From IMG/VR virus record IMGVR_UViG_3300009081_000012, positions 12,982 through 76,981 of that record: a stretch of DNA of 64,000 nt. One strand, given 5' to 3'. This document shows, piece by piece, positions 17,875-27,664 of the stretch; positions within the stretch are counted from its first letter, which is position 1; each line of letters opens with the position of its first letter. The translations under genes and the position numbers were made by a program. The DNA comes from a virus. Under the pieces are notes generated by a model. That model did no database searches, had not been told where the DNA came from, and was given only the letters and a program-made list of their open reading frames with translations.

Positions 17875-18729
17875 ATGATACCTAAACGGATGTATTTCTT
17901 TTGGAGCGGATCAGTATTATCATGGATGCGCTATATGACGTTATACTCATTTAGAAAACTCAATCCAGATTGGGAGATGGTCTTATGTTTATCTAAAAAT
18001 ACGATTACAGAGAAAAGCTGGGCCACTCCAGAAGTACAGGATTTTTTTAATTACAGTGGAAACAATTATTTAGACAAAATTTCAGAACTGTCTATACAAA
18101 CAGAGACGGTGGAATTCCCTGTTGATTTTAAAGCAAACATAGTTTCTCCTATCCATGAAAGCGATCTTTATAGATATTATAAATTATATAACGATGGTGG
18201 TTTTTACTCTGATATGGACATTCTATATTTTAGACCGATTAACGATTTTTATAGTTCGTTGTGTGATAACAATACCAACACTGTATTATACCATTGTGGT
18301 GGTTATGCGGCTATAGGATTTTTAGGAGCAGAAAAAGATAATATATTTTACAAAGATTTATTTAATTATGCTACAAACCTAACAGCAGTAAGTTCTTATC
18401 AGGCTTTTGGTGTTGGGCTTATTTATCAATTTTGTGAAATAGAAAAGAACAAAAAATCTATAAATAGCATAAGTGAGATATTAAAAAGTAAATACACCAA
18501 TTTAAATATTTGCTCAATACCAAGTTTTCTGGTTTATCAATACGACTGGAATAATATTAAAAATACCTTCGAACATGGGTACGCTGTTGATAGTTTTAAT
18601 TCAAAATCAATAGGCTATCATTGGTATGCCGGTTCTGCTATAGCACAAAAATACAACAATTTATTAAATGAAGGTAATTATACTAAGTATAAAACTACTT
18701 TTTCTGAACTGGTGAAAAGTGTTATATGA
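17875..18729 (+). CDS. GT32-like DxD glycosyltransferase, paralog 1
   Basis: MIPK..YFFW, SD..RY..LY..GG.YSDMD, YHWY. Confidence 0.85.
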   Translation: MIPKRMYFFWSGSVLSWMRYMTLYSFRKLNPDWEMVLCLSKNTITEKSWATPEVQDFFNYSGNNYLDKISELSIQTETVEFPVDFKANIVSPIHESDLYRYYKLYNDGGFYSDMDILYFRPINDFYSSLCDNNTNTVLYHCGGYAAIGFLGAEKDNIFYKDLFNYATNLTAVSSYQAFGVGLIYQFCEIEKNKKSINSISEILKSKYTNLNICSIPSFLVYQYDWNNIKNTFEHGYAVDSFNSKSIGYHWYAGSAIAQKYNNLLNEGNYTKYKTTFSELVKSVI

Positions 18730-20163
18730 AAATAATGACTGTTGTTGGCACACGCCCGGAATTAATTCGTCTTTGTATTATAATAGACAAACTTGACAAA
18801 CTTGTAGATCACAAACTTATATATACAAATCAGAACTATGATTATAATTTGAGTGGTAAATTTTTTGACGAACTAAAAATAAGAAAACCAGATTACACAT
18901 TTGAAATGGCCGGGAGCTCATTTGGTAATTTTCTTGGTAACGCTTTAATTGAATTTGAAAAAATATTGATGACAGAAAAACCAGACAAGGTCTTAATATT
19001 AGGCGATACTAATTCTGGATTGGTTTCCATCATAGCGGAACGGTATAAAATTCATGTGTATCATATGGAGGCTGGAAATAGATGTTATGATAAGAGAGTA
19101 CCGGAAGAAACCAATCGTCGTGTTATTGATCATCTTTCTACTTATAATCTTCCTTATACGGAGAACAGTAAATATAATCTTTTGAGCGAAGGTTTTCACA
19201 AGAATAATGTTTTTAAAACAGGTAATCCTATTTACGAGGTTTTAAAGTTTTATGAACACAACATAAACGAAAGTAATATTTTAAATGCATTGGGTTTAAT
19301 AGAAAAAGAATTCGTGTTAGTAACTGCACACAGGGCGGAGAATGTTGATAATTTAGATTCATTGTCTGATATAATAAAAGCTATAAATGAGATATCAAAA
19401 CAATTTAAAGTTGTATTTTCTTTACACCCGCGCACTAAAGACAAGTTAATTAAATTTAATGTAGATATGTCAGATGATATTATGTTTAGTGAGCCTTTTG
19501 GATTCTTCGATTTTGTTAAACTTGAAAAAAACGCTAAACTTATTATTAGTGATAGTGGTACCGTGACAGAGGAATCCTGTATTTTTGGGGTTCCGGTCAT
19601 AACCATCAGAAACACAACCGAAAGACAGGAAACTATAGAGTGTGGATCTAACATATTGTCAGGCATTAAGTGTGAGAATATTATGGGTGCGTTTAACGTA
19701 ATGTTAAAAAGAAATAACACGTGGACACCACCAAACGATTATATGGTAGATGGTGTGTCAGATGTAGTTATAAATATATTGTTAGGAACAAATTAATTAT
19801 GATACCAAAAAGAATATTTTTCTATTGGGACAGACCTTATATGTCTTGGATGCGTTTTATGACATTATATTCATTTAGGAAAATGAATCCAGATTGGGAA
19901 ATGATTTTATGTGTGTCATCTAATAAAGAATGGGATATTCAAAAAGACGACCAACGAGATTTTGCAAGCTATAAAGGGTATAACTATTTCGATAGAATAG
20001 TGGAACTAAATGTTTCAATTGAGAACGTTGGATACATGGATGGTATTGAATCTAAAGTTAGCGCAATTACTCCTATCCATGAAAGCGATCTTTATAGATA
20101 TTATAAATTATATAACGATGGTGGTTTTTACTCTGATATGGACATTCTATATTTTAGACCGAT
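18146..20163 (+). repeat. 94-bp perfect direct repeat (18146-18239 and 20070-20163)
   Basis: Base-by-base identity ctcctatccatgaaagc...ttttagaccgat inside the two GT32-like paralogs. Confidence 0.95.
18726..19796 (+). CDS. wecB: UDP-GlcNAc 2-epimerase family (FnlC/WbvD-like clade)
   Basis: VGTRPELIRL, LGDTNS, HMEAGNRC.D..VPEE.NR, HR.EN, SDSGT..EE, TER.E. Confidence 0.92.
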   Translation: MKIMTVVGTRPELIRLCIIIDKLDKLVDHKLIYTNQNYDYNLSGKFFDELKIRKPDYTFEMAGSSFGNFLGNALIEFEKILMTEKPDKVLILGDTNSGLVSIIAERYKIHVYHMEAGNRCYDKRVPEETNRRVIDHLSTYNLPYTENSKYNLLSEGFHKNNVFKTGNPIYEVLKFYEHNINESNILNALGLIEKEFVLVTAHRAENVDNLDSLSDIIKAINEISKQFKVVFSLHPRTKDKLIKFNVDMSDDIMFSEPFGFFDFVKLEKNAKLIISDSGTVTEESCIFGVPVITIRNTTERQETIECGSNILSGIKCENIMGAFNVMLKRNNTWTPPNDYMVDGVSDVVINILLGTN

Positions 20164-20653
20164 AGATAATTTTTATAGTCAAATAACACAAAGTGGGGCT
20201 GGAACTATTATATACGCCTGCAAAAAATACGCAGCTGTTGGATTTTTGGGGGCTGAAAAAGGCAATCCATTCTATATAGATTTATTAAAATCCGTGATTG
20301 GTTGGAATCATAATAATGAATGGGAAGCTTATGGTGAAATGCTACTTTATAGTTTCTTTGGTATAAAAAACAACCCGCTTGCGCTCATTGAAAATATAAA
20401 TAAAAAATACAAAGAAGCAAAAGCATATAACATACCAAAAGAATTAGTATATTGCTACGATTGTTTTGATATACAATCAGTTTACGATACACCGGTTGGC
20501 ATAAACAAATTTGATCCTGTGTCTATAGGCTACCATTGGTATGGCGGTCATCAACTTTCCAAAAAGCATAATAATGTTTTGGATGAAAATAATTATAGAA
20601 ATTACAAAATAACTTTTTCTGAAATAGTTAAAGAATTACAGGAGATGAACTAG
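19799..20653 (+). CDS. GT32-like DxD glycosyltransferase, paralog 2
   Basis: Same motifs as 17875; start reassigned to MIPKRIFFYW. Confidence 0.85.
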   Translation: MIPKRIFFYWDRPYMSWMRFMTLYSFRKMNPDWEMILCVSSNKEWDIQKDDQRDFASYKGYNYFDRIVELNVSIENVGYMDGIESKVSAITPIHESDLYRYYKLYNDGGFYSDMDILYFRPIDNFYSQITQSGAGTIIYACKKYAAVGFLGAEKGNPFYIDLLKSVIGWNHNNEWEAYGEMLLYSFFGIKNNPLALIENINKKYKEAKAYNIPKELVYCYDCFDIQSVYDTPVGINKFDPVSIGYHWYGGHQLSKKHNNVLDENNYRNYKITFSEIVKELQEMN

Positions 20654-21396
20654 TGGATAATAGATTTATAGTAGTGGTTCCGGTATTTAATTCAGAAAAA
20701 TATATTAAAAAATGTATAGAGTCGATTCTTTTTCAAAATTATTCTAATTATAAATTGGTTGTAATGGACGATTGTTCCACCGACAACACATATAATAATA
20801 TAAATAACATTCAGGATACAAATAACTATAATTTTGTTGTTTGTAAAAACCATTATCGTGTTGGCTCGGCTTTAGCCAACATAGTTAAAGGAATAGAGCT
20901 TTTTTCCCACAACCCAGAAGACGTCATAGTAACTGTTGATGGTGATGATTTTTTATACAACAATACAGTGTTAACATATTTAAATGGTGTATACCAAGAT
21001 GAAAATATTTATATGACATATGGCCAGTTCATACCACTAAGCGGCTCTTATGGTAAGTTTTGTAGACCTATTGCTGACACACGCAAATACAGAAAGGCAG
21101 AATGGTGTGCCAGTCATTTAAGGACCTTTAAAAATAAATTATGGTATAGAATTAATGACGCTGACTTAAGAGATAAAAATGGAGAATATTTTAAAGTTAC
21201 AGGAGACGCCGCCTATTTATATCCGTTGTTGGAAATGTGTGGGGCAAAGCATCATAAATTTGTAGATGAGATATTATACGTCTATAACGACATAAATCCG
21301 GCCAACGATATGAAGATTAACGTAACAGAACAAAAAAGAACTGCAACACACATCATAAACAAGACTCCGTATAATGAAATAGAGGGTGTTATATAA
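20653..21396 (+). CDS. GT2 glycosyltransferase
   Basis: VVVPVFN.EKYI.KCI.S, DDCSTD, VDGDD. Confidence 0.9.
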   Translation: MDNRFIVVVPVFNSEKYIKKCIESILFQNYSNYKLVVMDDCSTDNTYNNINNIQDTNNYNFVVCKNHYRVGSALANIVKGIELFSHNPEDVIVTVDGDDFLYNNTVLTYLNGVYQDENIYMTYGQFIPLSGSYGKFCRPIADTRKYRKAEWCASHLRTFKNKLWYRINDADLRDKNGEYFKVTGDAAYLYPLLEMCGAKHHKFVDEILYVYNDINPANDMKINVTEQKRTATHIINKTPYNEIEGVI

Positions 21397-22298
21397 TGAT
21401 AATCAACAGAGGTGTAGAAAATATAGATCTGCGTTGTAAAGATGAATTTGGTTATCTTTCACGGAAATATTCAAACGTGGCTTTTAATGTTGTTGACTGG
21501 AATAACAATAGCAACGATCGAAGGCGTGGTAAGAATATATTATTTACTACTGAGGGGGTTATAACAATACCAAAGAATTATGATCCTGAATATATAAAAA
21601 AATATGATGCTATGATTACTTTTAATTCTAAATTTAAAAAACTGCATCCTGAATTGAATGTTTATTTAATTAAAGGGGTGACTAATTGGTGTGATTATTT
21701 TTGGTTGGAATCTTTTCTTTCTTATGAAGAAAAAATAAAAGGAATATGCTCAATACAAACAGTGTATAATATGAAAATGCAGCATTATGGTGAAATTAAT
21801 CATTTGAAACACGACGTGATGTGTGGATTAACAACAGAACCGTTTTTAATTTTACACACCTATAGTAAAACAACCCCATTTGGTAAACCAAAATCTCGTC
21901 AAACACCTTTATCATTTAATCCAGGACATTATGAAAATTTAAAGAAAATCAATGAATATTTGTTCTGTTGGTGTCCTGAAAGTACGTATCATGAATTATG
22001 GAGCTATGATCATATTACAGAAAGATTATTTAATTGTTTTAAAGCTAAAACAGTAGCTATTTATTATGGATGTTACAATATAGAGGAACTTGTACCAAAA
22101 GAACTATTTATTGATTTTAGAGATTTTAATAACGATTTAAAGAATTTGTCAGCTTTTCTTATAGAATTGTCAAACGACAAAGAAAGATATAATTCCATGA
22201 TTAACTCTGCCTACAAATGGAATTTAACTAACGAAATAGGCGATATTGGAAAAGCTGAAGAAGTTATTAAGCATTGTGTAGAAAAATATAAATTTTAA
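21396..22298 (+). CDS. GT10 (fucosyltransferase-like) glycosyltransferase
   Basis: Y.F..C.ES...DHITERLF.CF.A.TV.IYYG...FID.RDF. Confidence 0.75.
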   Translation: MIINRGVENIDLRCKDEFGYLSRKYSNVAFNVVDWNNNSNDRRRGKNILFTTEGVITIPKNYDPEYIKKYDAMITFNSKFKKLHPELNVYLIKGVTNWCDYFWLESFLSYEEKIKGICSIQTVYNMKMQHYGEINHLKHDVMCGLTTEPFLILHTYSKTTPFGKPKSRQTPLSFNPGHYENLKKINEYLFCWCPESTYHELWSYDHITERLFNCFKAKTVAIYYGCYNIEELVPKELFIDFRDFNNDLKNLSAFLIELSNDKERYNSMINSAYKWNLTNEIGDIGKAEEVIKHCVEKYKF

Positions 22299-22315
22299 TT
22301 TAATGGGGTGTTATT

Positions 22316-22906
22316 GTGAAAATTTATATACAGATAGGTGCAAATATAGGAAATGATTCCTTTCAAAAAATGGTTGAACATATAGATGAAAAAATAAAAA
22401 TATTATTAATAGAACCAAATGCTGAGTTATTAGAAGAACTTTCAAACAATTATGAAAAATTAAGAAATAATCACGAAGTAATAATTGTTCCACATGGTAT
22501 ATCATTAATTAACGGAGACGCTGTTATGTACTTGTATCCAGAATCTGGACACTCTACACTGATAAATAGAAAAACAAGACCTTCTGAAGATAAGGCTTTT
22601 AAAAAAGTATCAATTACGACATTCAATACTTTGTGCGAAAAATTTTTTATAACCGATATAGAATATTTGTACATAGATACGGAAGGTTTGGATTATGAAA
22701 TATTGAATTCTATAGATTTATCAAAAATAAATATTAAAACCATAGTTTTTGAGAAATGGCCAATTGAGGATGACGACTTGTCTCAAAATTATAGAACTGG
22801 TACTATGTTTTTAAATAATTTTATTAAGCCTAAATTTAAAGATTATAGATTCGACGATATAGTAGTGGATGGTATGCCTAGTTATAAACTTACTAAAATG
22901 AAATGA
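22316..22906 (+). CDS. FkbM-family methyltransferase
   Basis: QIGANIG, LIEPN, L.IDTEG.D..IL, I.FE. Confidence 0.88.
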   Translation: MKIYIQIGANIGNDSFQKMVEHIDEKIKILLIEPNAELLEELSNNYEKLRNNHEVIIVPHGISLINGDAVMYLYPESGHSTLINRKTRPSEDKAFKKVSITTFNTLCEKFFITDIEYLYIDTEGLDYEILNSIDLSKINIKTIVFEKWPIEDDDLSQNYRTGTMFLNNFIKPKFKDYRFDDIVVDGMPSYKLTKMK

Positions 22907-22924
22907 TATAGGAGTAATAACATT

Positions 22925-23764
22925 ATGTACAATGAACTTACTGATGTTATAATTTATACTAAAGATAGGGCCTGTCAGTTGGATTTACTTTTAAGAAGTA
23001 TAAAGGATAATTTTATGAATACTCATAAAATATCCATACTAGAGGACTGGTCTAATGAAGAATTTAAACATGGGTACGATAAAATAAAAAGTACAGAGTA
23101 TGGTTTGGAACTAGAATTTATAAAACAGGATAGAGGTATTTTCTACAATGTTTTAAAACAAACCGCTGAGGCAAGTACAACAGAACATATACTGCCTCTC
23201 TGTGATGACGACGTCTTCATAAGACATACAGACATTACAGATGTTTCCAAATATGTGGATGCTGATGTAGTAGGCATTCATTTTAGATTTTCAAGTGATC
23301 TTACCATCAGTTATCATCATGGGGTTGTTTTACCTCAGCCCGATTTTATTTATATCGGTGATTATTTAAAATGGAATTGGACTACTTATAACATACCTGG
23401 TCGCTGGGGTTATCCATACCAAGCCGGTGGAATGGTTTATAAAACAGAATTTTTAAGACATATGATACATAATATTAAATTCGATTTACCAAATTATCTT
23501 GAATCTGCAATGATGACTAATAGGTATAAATGGAACAAACAACACATTGTAGCGTTTAAACATTCACCGATAGTTAATATTTCAATTAACAGAGTCCAGC
23601 AGGATGTCCCAAATCGAGGAGGCCGTGATGTTAATTATACACCTGTCGAACTAAATAATATTTTTCTAAGTGAAAAAATTATAGACACTGCTGATTTATA
23701 TGGTATGGTTAATAACTGTGAATTTATTGAAGTACCGCTTAAGTTTATGGAGGACACAAGATGA
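22925..23764 (+). CDS. GT-A glycosyltransferase
   Basis: TKDRA.QLD.LL.S, CDDDVF. Confidence 0.75.
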   Translation: MYNELTDVIIYTKDRACQLDLLLRSIKDNFMNTHKISILEDWSNEEFKHGYDKIKSTEYGLELEFIKQDRGIFYNVLKQTAEASTTEHILPLCDDDVFIRHTDITDVSKYVDADVVGIHFRFSSDLTISYHHGVVLPQPDFIYIGDYLKWNWTTYNIPGRWGYPYQAGGMVYKTEFLRHMIHNIKFDLPNYLESAMMTNRYKWNKQHIVAFKHSPIVNISINRVQQDVPNRGGRDVNYTPVELNNIFLSEKIIDTADLYGMVNNCEFIEVPLKFMEDTR

Positions 23765-24462
23765 AAGTAGGTGTATTGGGTGCGAATGGTTTTCTTGGAA
23801 GTGAGATGGTCAGAGTACTTGGTGAAGATCATACGGTGGTTTCTTTAACCAGGGATAATTATTTACAATATAAAGGAACTTCATTTGATGTGTTTATTAA
23901 TATGGCCGGCAACAATAAGAATTATTGGGCAAATAAATTTCCCCAAGAAGACTTTAAAGGTTCGGCCTTGTTGGTTTATGACAATCTTTTCGATTTTAAA
24001 ATAGATAAATATGTTTTTATGTCATCCATTGCAACATATGACATAAACAGTCATTATGGTTTTAATAAAACTTTAGCGGAAGAAATAATAAGAAGACATT
24101 CAAACAATTATTTAATTTTTAGATGTTCTGCCACTATTGACAGATGTATGAAAATAGGCATTTTAAATGATATTTTAAAAGGCATCCCTCTTTTTATATC
24201 TGGTGATAGTCAAATTCAATTCATAACCAGAAATGCCGTAGCTAACATAATAAAAGACCTGATGTCTACAGATGTGTACAATAGAACATTTAATATGGGT
24301 GGAGTTGGTGCAGTTACAATTAGTAGTATCGAATCCATTGTTGGGCATTCTATTATCTACGACAGTGCAGCAAAAAAAAGACATTATGAGATGGATGTAT
24401 GTGAATTAAATGAATTGTTCAAATTGAAAACATCTTATGAATATGTTGAGGATATAGTATGA
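23761..24462 (+). CDS. NAD-dependent epimerase/dehydratase (extended SDR)
   Basis: GANGFLG, SS, YGFNK (YxxxK). Confidence 0.88.
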   Translation: MKVGVLGANGFLGSEMVRVLGEDHTVVSLTRDNYLQYKGTSFDVFINMAGNNKNYWANKFPQEDFKGSALLVYDNLFDFKIDKYVFMSSIATYDINSHYGFNKTLAEEIIRRHSNNYLIFRCSATIDRCMKIGILNDILKGIPLFISGDSQIQFITRNAVANIIKDLMSTDVYNRTFNMGGVGAVTISSIESIVGHSIIYDSAAKKRHYEMDVCELNELFKLKTSYEYVEDIV

Positions 24463-24989
24463 TTTATGGCTCACTTGCTGAATTTGTGCAACTAAATGCT
24501 GATAGAAACGACAGTGCTTTAGATATAGGCTGTGGTATTGGGGCATACTCAAATGTTCTTAAAGAATACGTTAGATGTAAAAAGGTTGTTACTATAGATG
24601 CTTGGGATAAAGTCAATCCGGATATTTTGATAGATTTAGAAAAAGAAGACATACCTTTCGAAGACAATACCTTTGATATTATATTGATGATGGATTTTAT
24701 AGAACATTTAACTAAAGACCGAGGCATTAAAATATTAAAACAGGCTATGGGGATAGTAAAAAAAAGAATTTTGTTATTAACACCTTTATGGTGGACAGAC
24801 AATTCTGACAATGTCAATGATCCTACTTTATGGTGTTACACAAATGTGTATGATTTACATAAATCGTTGTGGTTGCTGGATGATTTTGTGGAATGGTCCA
24901 GAGTAACTATCAATGATTTCGATGTGTCTGGTGTTTCAAATGATTATTTTGTTGGTATTTGGACAAAAAATCATAATTATAAACAGTAA
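24459..24989 (+). CDS. Class I SAM-dependent methyltransferase
   Basis: LDIGCGIG, FD.I...D.IEHL, H.S.W. Confidence 0.88.
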   Translation: MIYGSLAEFVQLNADRNDSALDIGCGIGAYSNVLKEYVRCKKVVTIDAWDKVNPDILIDLEKEDIPFEDNTFDIILMMDFIEHLTKDRGIKILKQAMGIVKKRILLLTPLWWTDNSDNVNDPTLWCYTNVYDLHKSLWLLDDFVEWSRVTINDFDVSGVSNDYFVGIWTKNHNYKQ

Positions 24990-24992
24990 CAT

Positions 24993-26009
24993 ATGGAGGA
25001 GTTTGTGGAAGAAATGATGTTCAAAAATAAATCAATTTTAATTACTGGAGCAACTGGGTCTTGGGGGCAGGAACTTACAAAACAGCTCATTACTATGGAG
25101 CCAAAGAAAATTATCCTATTTTCCAGAGGAGAGCTGGCTCAGGTAAATATGGAAAGAAAGTTTATGAGCGATAAGTTAGAGTTCGTTATAGGAGACGTGC
25201 GGGACACCAACGCGGTAGATAGATTATTTAACAATAAACAAATCGACTGTGTCTTCCATTTGGCAGCCCTAAAACACGTACCAGTGTGTGAAAATCAACC
25301 ACAGGAAGCTATAAAAACAAACATTATAGGAACAACCAACCTGGTCAACTCAGCGGTGAAATACAAGGTAAAGAAGTTTGTAGATGTATCCACCGATAAA
25401 GCAGTATCCCCCACTAACCTGTATGGGTTCACCAAAGCAGTAGGTGAGAAGATAGTTATTCAAGCCAACAATCTAACAAACCGTACAGACTTTGTTTGTG
25501 TAAGGGGAGGAAATGTTTTAGGTTCTAATGGTAGCGTTGTTCCTTTGTTCATTGACCAGATAAAGAAATTTAATAAGATTACACTTACATGTGGAGAAAT
25601 GACTAGATTTTTCTTAACGCTTTCGGAAGCCATCTCATTACTTTTCCAGGCTGCTGAATTTAGTGTGGGCGGGGAAACGTTTGTTATGAATATGCCATCG
25701 TTTAATATATCTGATGTAGCAGAAGCACTTATAGATCACTATGGAGACGCAGATACAACTATAGAAGAAATTGGTATAAGAGAAGGAGAGAAGATACATG
25801 AGGTGTTAGTGTCTGAACATGAGTCTTCAAGATCTTATGTTTTCAACAATGATTATTATGTCATTATGCCCGAACTAAAAATTTCAAGAGATTATAGTCA
25901 TATAAAGAATATGAACAAGGTTTCCTTCGATAGATTTTCGTCAGACACTAATATTAAAGATCAGGAATATTTAACAGGGCTTCTTAATAAGGGAGGATTT
26001 TTGGTATGA
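24993..26009 (+). CDS. UDP-GlcNAc 4,6-dehydratase (FnlA/WbvB/PseB family)
   Basis: ITGATGSWG, FSR.E, HLAALKHVP.CE, STDKAV.P.N.YG.TKA, GNV.GS.GSV.PLF, MTRF, GEK.HE. Confidence 0.92.
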   Translation: MEEFVEEMMFKNKSILITGATGSWGQELTKQLITMEPKKIILFSRGELAQVNMERKFMSDKLEFVIGDVRDTNAVDRLFNNKQIDCVFHLAALKHVPVCENQPQEAIKTNIIGTTNLVNSAVKYKVKKFVDVSTDKAVSPTNLYGFTKAVGEKIVIQANNLTNRTDFVCVRGGNVLGSNGSVVPLFIDQIKKFNKITLTCGEMTRFFLTLSEAISLLFQAAEFSVGGETFVMNMPSFNISDVAEALIDHYGDADTTIEEIGIREGEKIHEVLVSEHESSRSYVFNNDYYVIMPELKISRDYSHIKNMNKVSFDRFSSDTNIKDQEYLTGLLNKGGFLV

Positions 26010-26824
26010 AAGTTTTTGTATTAGGTCACAAAGGAATGCTAGGTAGGTATGTTTATACCTATTTGAAATCAAAAAACTATGATGTTGTAGGATTATCTCG
26101 TTCTGAAATAGATGCCTCATGTATTTCCAGTGTCGAATTAAAATCTAAATTATTAGATGTAGATTTTAATGAAGGAGATGTGGTTATAAATTGTATAGGC
26201 ATAATCAAAAGAAACGATGTTCCAAAAAAAGACTTCACTGCGGTTAACACTGTTTTTCCACACACACTTGCTTATGTTTGTGAACGTGTTGGAGCAGAAC
26301 TTATACACGTTAGTACAGATTGTGTTTATGATGGTCTTGAAGGAAATTATAATGAGAATCATGTACATACTGCAAAAGATTTGTATGGTATAAGTAAATC
26401 AGAAGGAGAAATAGGTAATATCACAATAATACGAACATCTCTTATTGGTGAGGAGCTTGATCAACAACGTTCTTTAATAGAATGGATTAAATCCAACAAA
26501 AACAACACAGTTTCTGGTTATACTAATCATGTGTGGAACGGTATTACATGTTTACAGTTTGCCAAACTGTGTGATGAGATTATGGAAGAAGAACTTTTTT
26601 GGCGCGGAGTAAAACACATTACATCTCCATCTAAAATAACCAAACACGATTTGGTTAAACTTGTATCAGAGATTTATGAATTAAATGTCACTGTTATTCC
26701 TCATGAAACTGAAACAAAATGTGATAGGTCTTTATCCAGTGTTCGCGGAGAAATAGTGTTCAAGATTCCTGAGTTACGAGAACAACTAATAGAAATGAAA
26801 TCTTTTACACTTGACAAATACTAA
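26006..26824 (+). CDS. RmlD-like NDP-4-keto-6-deoxy sugar reductase (WbvR-like)
   Basis: G..GMLG, INCIG, STDCV.DG, DLYG.SK..GE, RTS.IG. Confidence 0.88.
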   Translation: MKVFVLGHKGMLGRYVYTYLKSKNYDVVGLSRSEIDASCISSVELKSKLLDVDFNEGDVVINCIGIIKRNDVPKKDFTAVNTVFPHTLAYVCERVGAELIHVSTDCVYDGLEGNYNENHVHTAKDLYGISKSEGEIGNITIIRTSLIGEELDQQRSLIEWIKSNKNNTVSGYTNHVWNGITCLQFAKLCDEIMEEELFWRGVKHITSPSKITKHDLVKLVSEIYELNVTVIPHETETKCDRSLSSVRGEIVFKIPELREQLIEMKSFTLDKY

Positions 26825-26838
26825 AAAGGTATTATAAT
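26811..26838 (+). promoter_or_regulatory. sigma70-type promoter for dam
   Basis: TTGACA-N16-TATAAT. Confidence 0.8.
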
Positions 26839-26844
26839 TAGTAA

Positions 26845-27663
26845 ATGATAAAATCATTTTTAAAATGGGCTGGCGGAAAAAGTAAAAGCGCTCCGCTAAT
26901 AAGCGAAACCATTGGTGTTTTGAATGGAAGACTAATAGAACCATTTGTTGGGTCTGGTGTGGTATTTGTAAATATACCAGCACTCAGTTATATTATAGGG
27001 GATTGTAATAGTCATCTAATTAACGTATTTAAAGAGCTTAAAAATAATGGCGACTATTTTGTAAAAAAAACGGAAGAGCTATTCAAACCAGAATTCAACA
27101 ACAAGGAAACTTTTTACAAATTTAGAGAACAGTTCAATAAAACTGACGACGCTTTTGAAAAAGCATGTCTGTTTGTTTATTTGAACAAACATTGTTTTAA
27201 TGGTCTCTGTAGATATAATAAAAAAGACGAATTCAATGTTCCGTTTGGAAAATATAATTCTATACAATTTCCAAAAAAAGAAATGTTAATTTTTATAGAG
27301 AAACTTAAAGTTTGTGATATTTATTGTCAGGATTTCGAACAAACTATACAAATGGCAAAACCCGGTGATGTTATATATGCAGATCCTCCATACACACCGT
27401 TAACAGCTACAGCCCAATTTACAGATTATAGTGCCGAAGGATTTGGAGCGGAGCAACACATTAGATTAACAAAACTGGCGGAAGAAAGCTGTTGTAGGTT
27501 TCTGATATCAAATCATGATACAAAAGAAACTAGGGAATTATATAATAACGCAGACAGAATAATAACTAAAAATGTTAATAGATTTATTAGTGGAAAAGGA
27601 GAAGGTCGCAAACCAGTAGTTGAGTTGTTAGCTATTTATGAAAAAGGAAAAGGGAGAGTTTAG
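26845..27663 (+). CDS. dam: Dam-family DNA adenine methyltransferase
   Basis: LKWAGGK, EPFVGSG, FNGLCRYN...FNVPFG, DPPY. Confidence 0.93.
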   Translation: MIKSFLKWAGGKSKSAPLISETIGVLNGRLIEPFVGSGVVFVNIPALSYIIGDCNSHLINVFKELKNNGDYFVKKTEELFKPEFNNKETFYKFREQFNKTDDAFEKACLFVYLNKHCFNGLCRYNKKDEFNVPFGKYNSIQFPKKEMLIFIEKLKVCDIYCQDFEQTIQMAKPGDVIYADPPYTPLTATAQFTDYSAEGFGAEQHIRLTKLAEESCCRFLISNHDTKETRELYNNADRIITKNVNRFISGKGEGRKPVVELLAIYEKGKGRV

Positions 27664-27664
27664 A

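Noticed and set aside
18146-20163. Diversity-generating retroelement TR/VR pair
   Set aside because: The copies are identical with no adenine-specific mismatches, both are inside GT catalytic regions, and there is no reverse transcriptase in the window.
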